NCBI RefSeq assembly: GCF_009914755.1 | Contig: NC_060936.1 | Reading direction: 5' to 3' (one strand) | DNA: 64,000 nt | Origin: the human T2T-CHM13v2.0 reference genome, Homo sapiens | Part shown: piece by piece, positions 49,358 through 64,000 of the stretch | Layout of the letters: every line of letters starts with the position of its first letter | Position numbering within the stretch: the stretch's first letter is position 1 | Program-made: the position numbers and the translations under genes | Notes under the pieces: generated by a model | Seen by the model: only the letters and a program-made list of their open reading frames with translations | The model's database searches: none | Told to the model about the DNA's origin: nothing

Positions 49358-51657
49358 CTAACCAAAAGTTTGTTGATATTTTTTTCTTTAGAAAAAAATT
49401 ATTGGATTTACTGACCATTTCTAATCTTTTTCTAGACTCTTTTTCATTTATTTCTGTTCTGATTTTTATTACCTCCTCCTCCTTTTTCTACTAACTTGGG
49501 TTTAGTTTGTTCTTCATTTTCTAGTTATTTAAGGTATAATGTTAGCTCATTTATTTGGGATGTTTCTTTCTTTGTTTTTCTTAGATGTAGGTGCTTATTG
49601 CTATAAATTTCCCTCTTGAAACTGCTTTGCATGCTTCCCCTCACTTGGTATGTTGTGTTTCCATTTTTGTTTATCTCAAGATACTTTTCAATTTCTTTTT
49701 AAGTTTCTTCATTGACCCATTGGTGTTTAGGAATATGTTGTTCAACTTCCAAATATTTGTGAATTTTCCAAAATTCCTCCTAACATTGATTTCTAGTTTT
49801 ATATCATCTGGCTGGACAGGATTCTTATTATGATTTCAACCTTCTTAGATGTGTTAAGACTTGCTTTGCATTGTAACATATAATCTACCCTGGATAATAA
49901 ACCATGTGCATTTGAGAAAATTGTGTGTTGTGCTGTTGTTGAATGGAATGTGTGTATATGTTTGTTAGGTCAGTTTGGTCTAAAGTGTAACTCAAGTGCG
50001 ATTTTTCCTTATTGAATTTTTAGCTGAATACTTTATCCATTGTTGAAAGTGGGGTATTGAAATTTCCTACTAAATTTATACTGCAGTATATCTTTCTCTA
50101 CAGATCTATTAATATTAGCTTTATATATTCAGGTGATATAATGTGTACATATGTATTTACAATTGTTATATCTTCTTGAAACATTGATCTGTTTATCATT
50201 ATGGATTGACTTTTAAATCTCATTTTATAGTTTTTGACTTAGTGTATTTTATCTAATGTGTCTATAGCTACTTCTGCTCTCTTTTGGTTTCCGTTCACAT
50301 GGGATATCTTTTTTCATTTGTTCACTTTTCATCTATGTGTGTCCTTTAAGTGAGTCCATTGGAGAAAGTATATATAGTTGGGTCTCATTTCCTTTTATAG
50401 TCATTGAGCTACTTCATTCGTTTGATTGGTGAATTTAACCCATTTACATTCAAGGTAATTGTTAATAGGTAAGAGCTTATGATTGCCATTATGGTAGTTG
50501 TTTTCTGGTCATTTTTTATATCCTTTCTTTCTCTCAAGATGTCTTCCATTATTATTAGGTAATTTAATCTAGTGGTATGCTATAATTCCTGACTTTTTCT
50601 ATTTTGTTTATCTACTACACTTATGGTTTTTGTAAACATGAAGCTTTCATAAATAATCTTACAGTTATAACAGGCTGGCTTAAGGTGATAGCAACTATGA
50701 TTGCATAGAAAACTTTACACTTTTACTCCCCTTGCCAACATTTTATATTTTTGATGCCACAATTCACATTATTTTATATTGCATATTCTTTACAAATTAT
50801 TATAACTATTATTTTTAATCATTTTGTTTTTTAACCTTCATATTATCGATATACATGATTTTTCACACCACTATTACATTATTAGAGTATTCTAAATTTG
50901 ACTGTGTTACCATTGAGTTTTATATTTTTCATATATTTTTATGTTTCAAATTATTGACTTTTTCTTTTAGTTTGAAGAAATTAATTTAGCAGTTCCCATA
51001 AGAGAGGTCTGGTGTGTTGAATTCTTCAGCATTTGTTAGTCTGGGACTTTCTTTATCTCTTCTTCATTTCTGAAGAACAGCTTTGCTGGATACAGTCTTT
51101 TTTGCCGGCTTTTTCCTTCAGCATTTTTAACATATGCTACTGTCTTCTGGCCTTTAAAGTTCTGCTGAGAAATTCATTGCTAGTCTTATTGAAACTCCCT
51201 TATACATTTTTTGCTTTTTTTGCTGCATTCAGGATACTCTGCTTTTTTTTTTTTTTTTGACAGCTTGATCATAATAAGTCTTGGTGTAGTCTTCCTTGTT
51301 TGAATATGATTGGAGACCTTTGACTTTCCTGTATCTGAAAACATGTATATTTTTCCCTCTGATTTGTAAAGTCTTCTGCTGTTATTTCTTTAAATAAGCT
51401 TTCTTCACCTTTGTCACTTTCTTCTACTTCTTAAACCCCTACAATTTTATAGTTTGCTCTTTTGACACTGTCCTGTAAGTCCTGTAAGTTTTCTTCACTC
51501 TTTTTCATTCTTTCATTTTATTCTTCTGACTGTACTTTCAAATAACTTGCCTTTGAGTTCACAGATTCTTTCTTCTGCTTGATCAATTTTGTGATTGATA
51601 CTCTTCACTGCATTTTTTAAAAAAATATTTCTTCCATATTTTCAGTTCCAAAACTTA

Positions 51658-51990
<333 letters not shown>

Positions 51991-53486
51991 ACAATAATTC
52001 CATTCTCTTAGTTAAATTTACGGACATATATTGCTTTTCTAATTTTTTGAACATTTCTCTATTTTTTCAGGTTTGCTGAGCTTCTTTGAAATAATTATTT
52101 TGAATTCTTTGTCAAACAGTTTGTATATTTCCATTTCTTTGGGGTCAGCTACTGAAAAATTCTGTGGGCTTTTTCGTAGTGTTATATCACCTTTGATTTT
52201 TGTTGTTGTTGTTTCTTGTTACCTTTTGTTGATTTGTGCATATATGATGGGACAATCACTTCTTCCAGGCTTTCTCCAAAGCCTATCTTCTATGGAGGTT
52301 ATAATGAAGCATGAGGGCACTTTCTGGGTAAAGTGCAGTGTTTCTGGCACAAGTAGGGGATTTGTTCTGTAGTTTCTGTGCAGCTATTTTAGCTGATATC
52401 AATGTGAATAAAAATTGCAGGGTTCCTCAGTGACCAATGCTGTGGGTGTCTGCAGTGACAATGGCTAAGTTCTTCCTAATCTCTTTTTCTCCCACTGAAA
52501 ACATTGTGGCTGAAGGAATCCTTATGGCACTAGGTCTGGTTTGCAGGGCTGCTTAGGGTGGCAGTGGTACCAGTGTCTAATTAGTGGTACCTGTGGAATG
52601 GCCACAGAGCTAAACTCTCAGCATGAGCATGTGTGGAGGAACTACAGCTTTAGGACTGGGGGCAGTAATGGCTTTTATATCCAGCGTGTAGTCACTTCTA
52701 TTAACATGCTTGTAACAGCATGTGAGACAGTTGCTTGTGGAGTAGGTGAGGAGCTGAAAATGGAAGCATGGGCCTTCGCATAGTTACACTGGCTCCAGGG
52801 GCAGGGCAGTGGTTACCTCTCTATGGCAGCTGAGCCAGTGCTCAGGATGTAGGCACATACAGTGAGATCTTGTCTTTAGGGCTTGGAGTTCAACTAGCTC
52901 ACTCTCACAATAAGTCTGATGTCTGAGACAGGAGCAGTTCCAGTCAGCCACAGAGCCTGGGTCTGGAGTATGGTCATTTATGGAGTAGCCACAGCTCCAA
53001 GGTTGGGGCATACAAGGAGCTGGGAATGGTTGTGGCTCATTTTTCAAAGTGGCTCAACAGTGACTGCTTTTGGACAAAGGAGGGGTGTGGAGCCACATCT
53101 CCCTGTTTGGTGTTCCTAGTGAGAATGGTTATTTTTTACCACAGTGGCAAAAGATGTCACTGTTCTCTGTATAGAAGGCCACTGAGACCATAGTAGTTTC
53201 TGCTGTTTGGCTCATACCAATAGCCTCTACCTTTCTCCTTTGCTGCTAGCTATCTCCTGGCATCTGAGGTATGCCAGTCTCACCAGTGATTTTTTTTTTC
53301 TGTGTGGATATTCTCCATTTTTTAATTTGCTTCACTGTGTTACTATAGATTCTTTATTGAGCCATTGAGTCCTCTTTGGGCTATTTTGGTTTGTGAATAG
53401 CCATTTATCTCTATATTTTTTTTCTTTTTGGAGGAGGATTAGGGCTGGTAACCCTTAATCTGCCATCTTAGTAATATCATTCCTCA

Positions 53487-53710
53487 ACGTCTGAATCTTT
53501 GATGCTGCCTGAGAGGCCCTGCATGAGTGGCCACTGCATTATATTCCTCTCAAACCTTTCTTTCTCTAGCTCTTTCTTCTTCAACTACTCTGCACTTTTA
53601 GCACTTCAAATCATCTGCGTTCTCTCCTGCCCCAGCTCATTTGCACATGCTGTTTCCCCTCAGGAATGAATTCTTCTGTCTGCCACCCATCTTACCTTCA
53701 TTTATTTCTT
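53487..53710 (+). mobile_element. L2 fragment (right part)
   Basis: gaggccctgcatga...tttgcacatgctgtttcccctcaggaatg is typical L2 sequence. Confidence 0.7.
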
Positions 53711-54089
53711 GTTATTTATTTACTTACCCATTTTTAGATAGAAAAATAATGTTGCTTAATATTTTTACAAGATAGTAATTTAAGAACTTGACCATGGCAT
53801 CCAAGATGGATAAGGGAGAACACTGACTGACAGAGGAAAGAGTACGAATCAAAGGCCTGAAGATTCTTATTTCATCTAAAAACTGTTACCATAAAGATAC
53901 TTGAACTTATGAGCTGACATAATAAGGGATTTTGGTCAGTATGTGGCCTATTTAAGTTAGTGACTTTGGGATAGATCCTGCCTGGTGATTTTCAGGTTCA
54001 GAATGTAATTATGGATCAGATACATAATTGGAGCTGGTAGGTCATTGGCAGTGAGAAGTTAATACTTGAGAAATCTAGAAATTAGATGG

Positions 54090-54172
54090 GTGATTTGATG
54101 ATAAACTTTATGTGTCAACTTGACTAGGCCACGGTACCCAGATATTTGGGCAAACACTAACCTAAATATCCT
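54090..54172 (+). mobile_element. MLT2 (B/C/D-type) LTR 5' fragment
   Basis: tgatgataaactttatgtgtcaacttgactaggccacggtacccagatatttgggcaaaca. Confidence 0.75.
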
Positions 54173-57100
54173 TACCTTCATCAAATTATCCATGTTACAG
54201 ATATCAGGACAAGCGGTCCTCAATAGCCTTCCTGATTCAGCCAAAGCTAGTCATTACATTTACTTTAAACAATCCTGTTCCTGACCTCCTTAACACTTGG
54301 ATTAGGTTGTAAATTGCTATTTGTTAATTCAATAATTAATTAATATCTTTCCCTTTAGTGCAGATTCTTTGAAAATACGGGTTTTTTGTTTTGTTTTGTT
54401 TTTCTCACTATTTTATTCCTAAACTTTAGCATACATTGTAAACTGTAATGACAGGGTCAGTAAATATATAACTGCAATTGATTATCTTGGATTACACCAT
54501 ACTTGGAGTCATGAGACCTATATTCTTATTCAATAAATCTTATTATTTGATTCATGCTCTTTTCAGGAGGCATGAGTTCCAGGTATTTACTTATTGTGCC
54601 AAGTCAGGCAAGTTACTTTACTTTTCTTGAGGCCATTTTTTATTTTTGAAAAGGAAACTAACACTGCCAGCCTTTTATCCAGTTGTCATTGATATATAAC
54701 ACATTGGTGTATATAGAAGTTCTATATTAAAACATAGTGGTTTTATAGCATTTATGTTATCTACACAATTAAGACCTGGCTATGCCCTAGATTGTTCCAA
54801 CTAGAGATAGCTCAATATTCATCAAATCTTGATGAAATTCTTTTAACTATTAATTTTTTGTAATACTTTTCTAAAATAGATTTTTGAAAATAGGCATATG
54901 CCTCTGGTATTTGCAAACTAGAGTAATAATACTGCTGTATGACAGAATTTGAGAGCTCAGAAGATATTATAGACATAAAATAGTGAAACATTTTAATGCA
55001 TGCCAGCTAGGTATTTTTCTCAGTGGACATTGCTAGAATTAGAAGTTCATAGCTAATATCATATTGAGTGAAATGATCAATATGTAACCAATAATATTTT
55101 TATAAGCCTTTAGTTACACCATTTATTGGGCTCACCACATGTATCTGGCAATTGGCAAGTTAATACGCTGATCTAAATGTTACCATTTTTGTTTTGAACC
55201 TAATGTCCTATTCATTTAGCTGATGTCTAGGTTTTTGCTTGTTAGAATTTTGTTCTCAAGTCTTGTTATTTTTAGTAACATGTTGATGTTCCAACAACAA
55301 CAACAACAAAAAAACCCATTAGATAATAGGAAAGCATAATTGTGAGCAGAGTGTATTATTCCATTAATTATTGATGGAGATGGATGCCAGTTCATTTAAT
55401 AGCATTAACTAAAATGTTCTTTGCTTAAGATTTCTTAATTGGGATGGGATTTGTAATTTATATATTAAAATTTGTAAAAATGATATTGGTCTAAACAGAT
55501 GATTTTCCTGGCATATTACACACATTGTGATTGCCAAATTCTGAATCATACAGATTAAAAGTCAGAACAGAAATTCGAAATCCAAAGAAAAATAAACTGA
55601 GTAGCATTATTTTATAGATAAACTCGAGATTTATGACATTGGGATGTTCACCAAGGGGAAAGAAAGGAAGAAAAAAGGAATCACAGATATTTTCCTGTAA
55701 TGTCTTTGGAATGAGAAAATAATTAAAGTCTCACAAATTGAGTTCATTTGGCACCTGAAAAAAGCTGTCATTCACAGAAATAGCAAGAAAGAAAAGACTC
55801 ATTCAACCAGAGGAACACATGAAATAGTTTCTTTCAGTTTTGCTAATTCACTTGAGGGTAATTATAGATCATTACTTGGAGAAAACACAAAACAATAATT
55901 GCAATAAAATTCAACTTCAAATAAAGGAATTTCAGAGAAAAGAAAAAAGAAAAAAAAAACGCTTTGATTAAATACTAGCTAAATAAGTTATAATGGAATT
56001 TGGGAAATATATTTTTATGATAGACCCACATCTTATTCTGATCTCTATTCTCACTGTGTGCCACTTATATTATTTGCTCAACAAAGTTGTTATTTCTCTA
56101 GATGGAAAGGATTTGGAAGATAGTGAAAAGTATGAAGAAACCCTCTTATACTTCAGGTTCAAAGAAATAATTTTATCTAAGCAAATTTTAGGAGAAAATG
56201 AATGGGTTCTACATAACACTTATTAAAATTTATGTCAATTGCAAAGATAGACTGTGTCTGGGCTGTGGGCTATATTGTTTAAAATTTTAGGTTAAAAGCA
56301 AATGATATCTATAGAGCCTCTCCAGTTTTTCTCATATTGGTTTGATTTAATTTATGTTATTAGTTATGTATTTTACTTTGTCTTTTCTAGTAGCACTACA
56401 GGTTTATAATAATCAAATTCAGCTGGCACTTCTATTCTTTTGTCTGACTTTAACATGTACCTTCTCTGTTGTAAGGCTGTACCTCTTCTCTCCAAGCTTC
56501 CTGTTTAATGCCCAGCTTGTTCCCTTGCAAGCAGAAGATTTGCCTCCCATTTCATCAGGAGATCGTTTGGGCTCTTTAAACTTCATTCTCCCTCCATATA
56601 GAAGAATTTATGTCATACACATACTTAACATTTTGTTGTCCAAGCTCATAGAATAGTGGATTCAATTCCAGGCCAAATGTTATACTATACTTTGATAATA
56701 TTCCTTTTCATATATTCCAAAATCTTACTTCATCCATTATATTGTTTGTTCTGAATCTCCAATATCTTACATTCTAAATGTTATTTCCCTTCAACAATGT
56801 TTAAAATTTCTTCCTGAAAACAATTTTTAAAAATTCTCTGTTCTTGAATCAGCATGTAGCTCTCTTAAAATTTTATTCCTGTCTTTCACATCCAACTTTT
56901 TCCACGCTATGAATAACTACACACAAATTCTACTTCCCAAGCTCCTATTTCCTTCTTGAACTACTGTTTCTGCTTTCTCCTCTTGCTGCATTACAGAATC
57001 TACACTCATTTATGATCTCCTAATTGCCAAATCCAATAGACATATACTGTACTGCCTTTGACATCATTGATTTTCCCCTTTCTGCTCAAAGTCCCCATGT

Positions 57101-57766
57101 TTGTTGACCCTCAAGACCTTGCATTCCTCATAGTTCTCTCTCTTTCCTTCCCCTGTGTATTTCTTTTCTGTTTTATTTTTCCTCTTTCATGGATTTTTTT
57201 CTTCTTCCTTTGTACATACTTTAAATATTTTTTGTTATGGTTCTGGCAACCATACATGTTTTTTTTTATATTTTTCTTTGGTTGTCTTATCAACTGCTAT
57301 GGTTTTAATTATAAAAACATATATAAAATATGTATGCAGATGATTCTCAAGTTTCCATTGCTTGGCTTCTTTTTCCATGAATTTCAGACTTGGTTATTCA
57401 TAGTCTAGTCGTTAAGAACTCAAAATCCTATGCTTTTCACTATGTCTTGTTGCCTTTCATGATGATTTCATGGTCAGAGAAATTCACCTTCATCATCATC
57501 TGTTAGATTATACAGACAACCTTCAAAAGATAGCCCAAGAGATGTAATTGATACAAAATATATCTGATATTTATGGAAACCCAGATAAGTTGGCATGCAT
57601 ATTAACTCTTTCATTATGAATCATATTTTTTAAGAATTATGGTAAAAAACACATAAAGAGATCTACCCTATTAAAATTTTTTAAGCGCACAGTACAGCAT
57701 TGTTAACTATAAGTACAATGTTGTACAGTAGACCTCTAGAACTTTTTGTTCTGCATGACTGAAATT

Positions 57767-58568
57767 TTTTTGTATACTTTAAGTTCTAGGGTACATGTGC
57801 ACAACGTGCAGGTTTGTTGCATATGTATACATGTGCCATGTTGGTGTGCTGCACCCATTAACTCTTCATTTACATTAGGTATATCTCCTAATGCTATGCC
57901 TCCCCACTCCCCCCACCCCATGACAGGCCCCAGTGTTTGATGTTTCCCACCCTGTGTCCAAGTGTTGTCATTGTTCAATTCCCACCTATGAGTGAGAACA
58001 TGTGGTGTTAAGTTTTCTGTCCTTGCAATAGTTTGCTGAGAATGATGGTTTCCATCTTCATCCATGTCCCTACAAAGGACATTAACTCATCCTTTTTTAT
58101 GGCTCCATAGTATTCCATGCTGTATATGTGCCACATTTACTTAATCCAGTCTATCATTGACAGCTATTTGGGTTGGTTCCAAGTCTTTGCTATTGTGAAT
58201 AGTGCCACAATAAACATATGTGTGCATGTGTCTTTATAGCAGCATGATTTATATTCCTTTGCATATATACCCAGTAATGGGATGGATGGGTCAAATGGTA
58301 TTTCTAGTTCTAGATCCTTGAGGAATCACCACACTGTCTTCCACAATGGTTGAACTAGTTTACAGTCCCACCAACTGTGTAAAAGTGTTCCTATTTCTCC
58401 ACATCCTCTGCAGCACCTGTTGTTTCTTGACTTTTTAATGATCACCATTCTAACTGGTGTGAGATGGTATCTCATTGTGGCTTTGATTTGCATTTCTCTG
58501 ACGGTCAGTGATGATGAACATTTCTTCATGTGTCTGTTGGCTGCATAAATGTCTTCTTTTGAGAAGTG
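57767..58568 (-). mobile_element. 5'-truncated L1PA5-like element
   Basis: Perfect 15-bp TSD tgcatgactgaaatt at 57752-57766 and 58569-58583; ORF2 C-terminal ORF at 58326; ccaccctgtgtccaagtg variant. Confidence 0.95.
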
Positions 58569-58839
58569 TGCATGACTGAAATTCTATAGCTGTTGAATAG
58601 CACCTCCTATCATCCCCCTGCATCCCCTAGCAACCACCATTCTGCCTTCTGTTTCTATGAGTGTGACTACTTTAGATACCTCATATTAGTTAAATCATGC
58701 AGTATTTGCCCTTCTATGACTGGCTTATTTCCCTTAGCATACATAATGTTCTCCAAGTTCATCCACATTGTGGGATTTCCTTTTTTTAATGGCTGAATAA
58801 TAGTCTATTGCATGCATGCGTGGGTGTGTATAAAACATT

Positions 58840-59016
58840 TTTATATCATATACATATGTATTTACATATATTTATAACATTATATATAATATATACATTG
58901 TATATATTATATATATTGTATATATTATATATATTTATAACATTATATATTATATATTATATATATTATATGATATATAATATATATAACATTACATATA
59001 TATATATATATATATA
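58840..59016. repeat. (TA)n-rich degenerate tandem tract
   Basis: Nearly pure A/T with repeating atatatatt / tataacatt units. Confidence 0.92.
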
Positions 59017-59710
59017 AAACATTTCTTTACCCATTCTTCTGTTGATGAACATCTAGTTGGTTTCCACATACTATTTCCACAGTAGCCAAAGGCTGCTGTG
59101 AATAATTCTGCAATGAACATGGGAGTGCAAATATCTCTTCAAGATCCTGATTTTAATTTTTTAGATGAATATCCATAAGTGGGATTGCTGGATCAAATAG
59201 TAGTTCTATTTTTAAGTTTTTGATGAACTGCCATGACATTTTTTAGAGTGGCTGCGACACTTTACATTTCCATTAACAGTGCACAAGGGTTCTGATTTCT
59301 TTATATACTTACCAACGCTTGTTATTTTCTGTATTTTTGTTTGTTTGTTTGATAATGGCTATCCTAAGTGGTGTGAGGTTATATGTGAATATGATTTTGA
59401 TTTGCATTTTCCTCATGATTAGTGATGTCGAGCATGTTTTCATATACCTTTTGACCATTTAAATGTACTCTTTTATGAATCATGTATTAAACAGTGCATA
59501 ATACTACAGAAAAATGTTTAATGAATAGTTAGTATGCATTCATATGCAAATTTGTACTATTATTCTACAACTATTAGTGAAGTTACAAATTTAGTGTCAT
59601 TATATTAGCCCCATTCTAACTTATTTAAATTCTTTTCTTTTTTGGGGGGGGAATCATTGCTTGAAAATAGTTACTAATGGTATTATTATATAGAAAATGA
59701 AGAGTTTAAT

Positions 59711-59992
<282 letters not shown>

Positions 59993-60824
59993 TTAATTTT
60001 GCACATTGCTTAGGTAGTTGAAAAATCATATAGAGCATATCATGTGATCATACAATTCTTAGATTTTTAGAAGGAGTTGAGAGAATAAAATGATGTGAAT
60101 AAAATTATTGTGCTGAAATCAACAAGGTCTATATTCGGACTTTGAGATAATGTTTAATTAAGTTGCTTATTTTAACAGAAAATATTCATTAAAGATAGTT
60201 TAAAGAATCGATATTTTAAACAAAGAAATTGGTCTTTGCCTTAACTCACTAATTCAAAAAGAATGAACTCTAAATTCTAAATGGAAACAATTAAATCTAA
60301 CAAATAGCTAAAACAAAGCAAAGCTCTTGGTTGAAACATCAGCATTTCTGTTGGGAACTGGAAAAGTATTAAAAAATGTAATTAAATGAAAACCGATAAA
60401 TGTGTCAGCCTAAGTCCCCATAGCAATATAGAAAATCAAGGGAGACAAAAGACACAGAATGGTATGAAAATTCTTATTGGTTCAAAGATGATAAAATGTC
60501 AAGTTACAACTTTAAAATGCAGGCAGACCAAATCTAACTAATTTTTAAGATGTTTTCAATGGTTAGACAGTATATGGCATTAATGTACCTTTATAACTAC
60601 TCATTTATGCCTAAAGTATATACTATTGGCCCTTTCATATTCCTTCCCATCGGCAACATGCTTTATTCATCTAGGCATTTGTAGGCCAGAGGCATATGTA
60701 CCAGCCAAACAAACTAACATCGTATCGTTGTTTTTGTACATATTCCGCCATGGTTTTACTCCTAGTATTTGTGTACTTTCAGACCTATACCTATGCATAT
60801 TATACAGTAAAAAGTAGATCATTG

Positions 60825-61130
60825 AGGCAATAGTGTTTAGTGAAATAAGCGTGGGTTTTTTAATTAGTCAGAACTCAGGTTTAATATCAGTTATGCCACT
60901 TACTGGCTAGTTTACCTCTGAATCTCAGTTAACTCATACCTGGAATGGAATTAATCATTTTACTTTTAGGTTCCACTTACTAGCTAGTTTACCTCTGAGT
61001 CTCAGTTAACTCATACCTGGAATGGAATTAATCATTTTACTTTTAGGTTAGCTGCAAATAGTAAATGAGATAGCACATTAAATACTTTTTGTATTTTCTT
61101 TGCCCATGGTAGAGCTTAGTCATAATTAAT
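60825..61130 (+). mobile_element. MIR containing an internal 77-bp tandem duplication
   Basis: tagtcagaactcaggtttaa...gccacttactggct...acctctgaatctcagtt...taaatgagata. Confidence 0.75.
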
Positions 61131-61279
61131 TTTGTTGATAGTGTGTTACCATTTTATATCAATTATGACATTGTTAAAATGCCATAATTGAGGCAGCTCC
61201 AAAGCCTCCCTAAGACATACTTGACAAAAATATAAAATGCTAACACATTATCAACTAAATTAGTGTAATGTGTCCACCC

Positions 61280-61590
61280 TGTTTTCCATAATGGCTGAAA
61301 CTAATTTACATTCTCACTGATGATGTACAAGAGTTTTCTTTTCTCTACATCATTGCCAAAATTGTTATCTTTCACCTTTCTGATAGAAGCCATTTTAACA
61401 GGTGTGAAGTGATATCTTGTTGAGGTTTTAATTTGCCTTTCTCTAATGATTAGTGATGCTGAAAATTTTTTAATGTACCTATTGGCCATGTGTATGTCTT
61501 CTTTTGAGAAATGTCTTTTCAGGTGCTTTCCTCATTTAAAAATCAGATTATTTGTTTTCTTGCTATTGATTTGAGTACCTCGTATTTGTT
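61280..61590 (-). mobile_element. L1 ORF2 3' fragment (old L1MA/L1PB-like)
   Basis: ORF 61301-61489 [34 protein letters not shown] is L1 ORF2. Confidence 0.85.
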
Positions 61591-62139
61591 CTTCTTTGGG
61601 CAAATACAAATATAAACATTTACTTTTTTTTCAAATACTGTGACCTTGTTAAACAGGTTACTCCAATTTCTTTTCACTCCAGGTCTGCATAGTGATTTAA
61701 CTCATTCTTTTTAAATGGTGCATAATATTCCATTTTATCGACATTTCTTAATTTAGGTAACTATTTCTCTATTCATAAACATTCCATTTAGGTATTTACT
61801 CTGAAGAAACATGGGTTATATATCTAAAATAATATAAAGGTAAGTGTGAAAGTCAAACACATAGGAATTTAGTCATAAGGGTGAACTAAAAAAAACCATG
61901 GCTCATTTATTTCCTGCAGACTCATACCTTTTAAGGTTATATTAAATATTAAATAAACTATTAAATAGAATATTATAATATGTAAAGCATTCATTACAAT
62001 TTTATGACATGAGCAAAATTAACAGTTTATGTATTCTGTGTACTGTGTCTCCCAAGACAAAATATCTTGAAAGAATTTGAAAAAATACATTGTTGGCAAG
62101 AAGTGGCTGACATAGTAAAAGTTAAAATCTTCCAAATTA

Positions 62140-62473
<334 letters not shown>

Positions 62474-64000
62474 TGGACCAGACTTATCAGGAAAAAGTAT
62501 TGATAAGGCCTGAACACTATAAATGTTGATTTCCCATCACTAAATGCATAATAAGTTTGAGTTGACATGTCAATAGGTAAATAAACTCACTTAGAAAGTG
62601 ACTCATCTAGAGGGTCCATGGTCATTGTCCTTACACTAAATCATAGCAAGTTTTAGCTGTGGCCAAATACTACTAAAGTTACTCTTCTACTTATGTACTC
62701 TTTTCTAAGTAAAACAAAAAGGAATTTTTACTGTATTTTTTTTTGTAGAAGTGGAGTGGGATAGGGAATTGTACAACAGCTCAAGCACAGACCAATTAAT
62801 CAAAGCAATTACAAGGCACTTTGCTTCAATCAATAGAATAAAAAGAAGTGGGACAGCTTGTTGTATCAGTCTTTGCTTTTCTCATTTTATTTTTTATCTT
62901 CGTTTCTTAGCCTTGCCCATTCTTTTCCCATGCTGCAGGTCTTTTTTGTTTTCCTGTTTTTGTTTGCCTACTTAAGCTTACTTTTATCCAGGCGAACTCA
63001 TGCATACCTGTCTGCATCTCACTATTTCTTTGATATATAGTGTTAGAGAATGGCTGACTCCAGAGGTGAGACAAGTTAAATTAGCAAGTGAATTGTCTGC
63101 TCCTGTGGCATGATGTATTTCTGGGAAAGTCCTCCAGGTGTCTGATCTGTGCACATATTCTGCAGTTGTGCCCTTTATACACACAGTCTGAAAGCATGCA
63201 ATTTCAAACTAACATTTCTCTTGTAAAAGAATACATTCCCATTCATAACACTCATCCACCAATCAAAGTTATTTTCCTTCTGAGATCCACGAAAGTTCAA
63301 AAACTGTTTTGTCATGAGTCTGTCATTACTCTTAAAAATGCCATTGGATACACTGGTGGAAAGTATTTCAAATCAAATCATGGAATAATTCACATAAAAT
63401 AGCAGCTGTTTTTGAGTCACTTCACAATACTATGTAATGGTCTTTGATAACATTCTAATTATTTGTTATGACTGCTTTGATGTAGCATTTATAGGAACAC
63501 AAGTTATATTTTTAAAAGCCAGAAGGAAATTAAAAGTAAACAAAAGAATTGCACTCCTGACCAACTTCTTTGCCTTGAGGTTATTATAATTGGGCAGCTG
63601 CTAGATACTGCTAGATATTTTTTCATATTCTTTTAATTCCTTGTTTCTGGGTTCTTTATGGGACATGAACAAAATTACTAGAGTGTTTAAAATAACAAGA
63701 TATAGAGTAAATGTCACTGTTTATTTCTTGGTAGAAATAAAATCAAACAGGCAAAGCAAAACAAATGCTAAGGCATATGAATTATGAAATTACCCTGCAA
63801 CCCTTATTCCTTAAGTTTTATGAATTCATAATTTATTTTTCCTTAGGCACTGTCCTTGCTGAGTGGCTTTAATGTAAATGTCCTTTAATATGGGGACATA
63901 AGTGGGAAAAATAAAAGAAAATCCTAGTAATGGAAGAAATGTGCTCAACTATTTAGTTTCTTTTGCATCAAATCCTTATAAGTGAGAAACACAAAATACG

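Larger units (their letters stand above)
57623..59470 (-). mobile_element. L1MA/L1MB-type 3' fragment, host to an L1PA insertion
   Basis: ggtaaaaaacacataaagagatctaccctattaaaa...cagcattgttaactataagtacaatgttgtacag; resumes at 58569. Confidence 0.85.

Noticed and set aside
57058-57408. Phe-rich 116-aa membrane-like ORF
   Set aside because: T-rich low-complexity or L2-derived sequence; a compositional artefact.
63050-63065. MADSR start resembling the catalase N-terminus
   Set aside because: Five residues is a chance match; the following sequence and the AT-rich context do not match CAT.

Overview
This is AT-rich, CpG-depleted primate genomic DNA. A short L1PA2-type insertion points to a hominid, human-like genome. 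It is intronic or intergenic, and most of it derives from transposable elements. No intact protein-coding or RNA gene can be supported. The ORFs in the track are decayed retroviral gag/env, Tigger1 transposase, L1/Alu/MaLR fragments or low-complexity artefacts. Main elements: (1) a 3'-truncated HERVL provirus (MLT2A LTR plus gag, 16018-18136); (2) a Tigger1 DNA transposon with both termini, inside an old L1 (20790-22791); (3) an internally deleted two-LTR HERV9/LTR12 provirus on the minus strand (24836-30256, GTTC TSD) carrying a 127-bp L1PA2 insertion; (4) two-LTR THE1 (40355-42098) and MST (42254-44621) MaLRs; (5) a near-full-length L1MA (45866-53485) inside an L2; plus many Alus, MIRs, L1 fragments and microsatellites. 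I did not find a new biological system. The most notable observations are local repair scars and regulatory candidates: a 188-bp segment copied about 4.6 kb upstream into an LTR, where a microsatellite then arose; structurally discordant LTRs in the HERV9 provirus; an inverted-filler junction in Tigger1; a 77-bp tandem duplication; a perfect DUX4 motif in MLT2A; and an antisense L1 bias with candidate plus-strand exons. Subfamily names come from recalled consensus features rather than a database search, and the boundaries of old elements are approximate.
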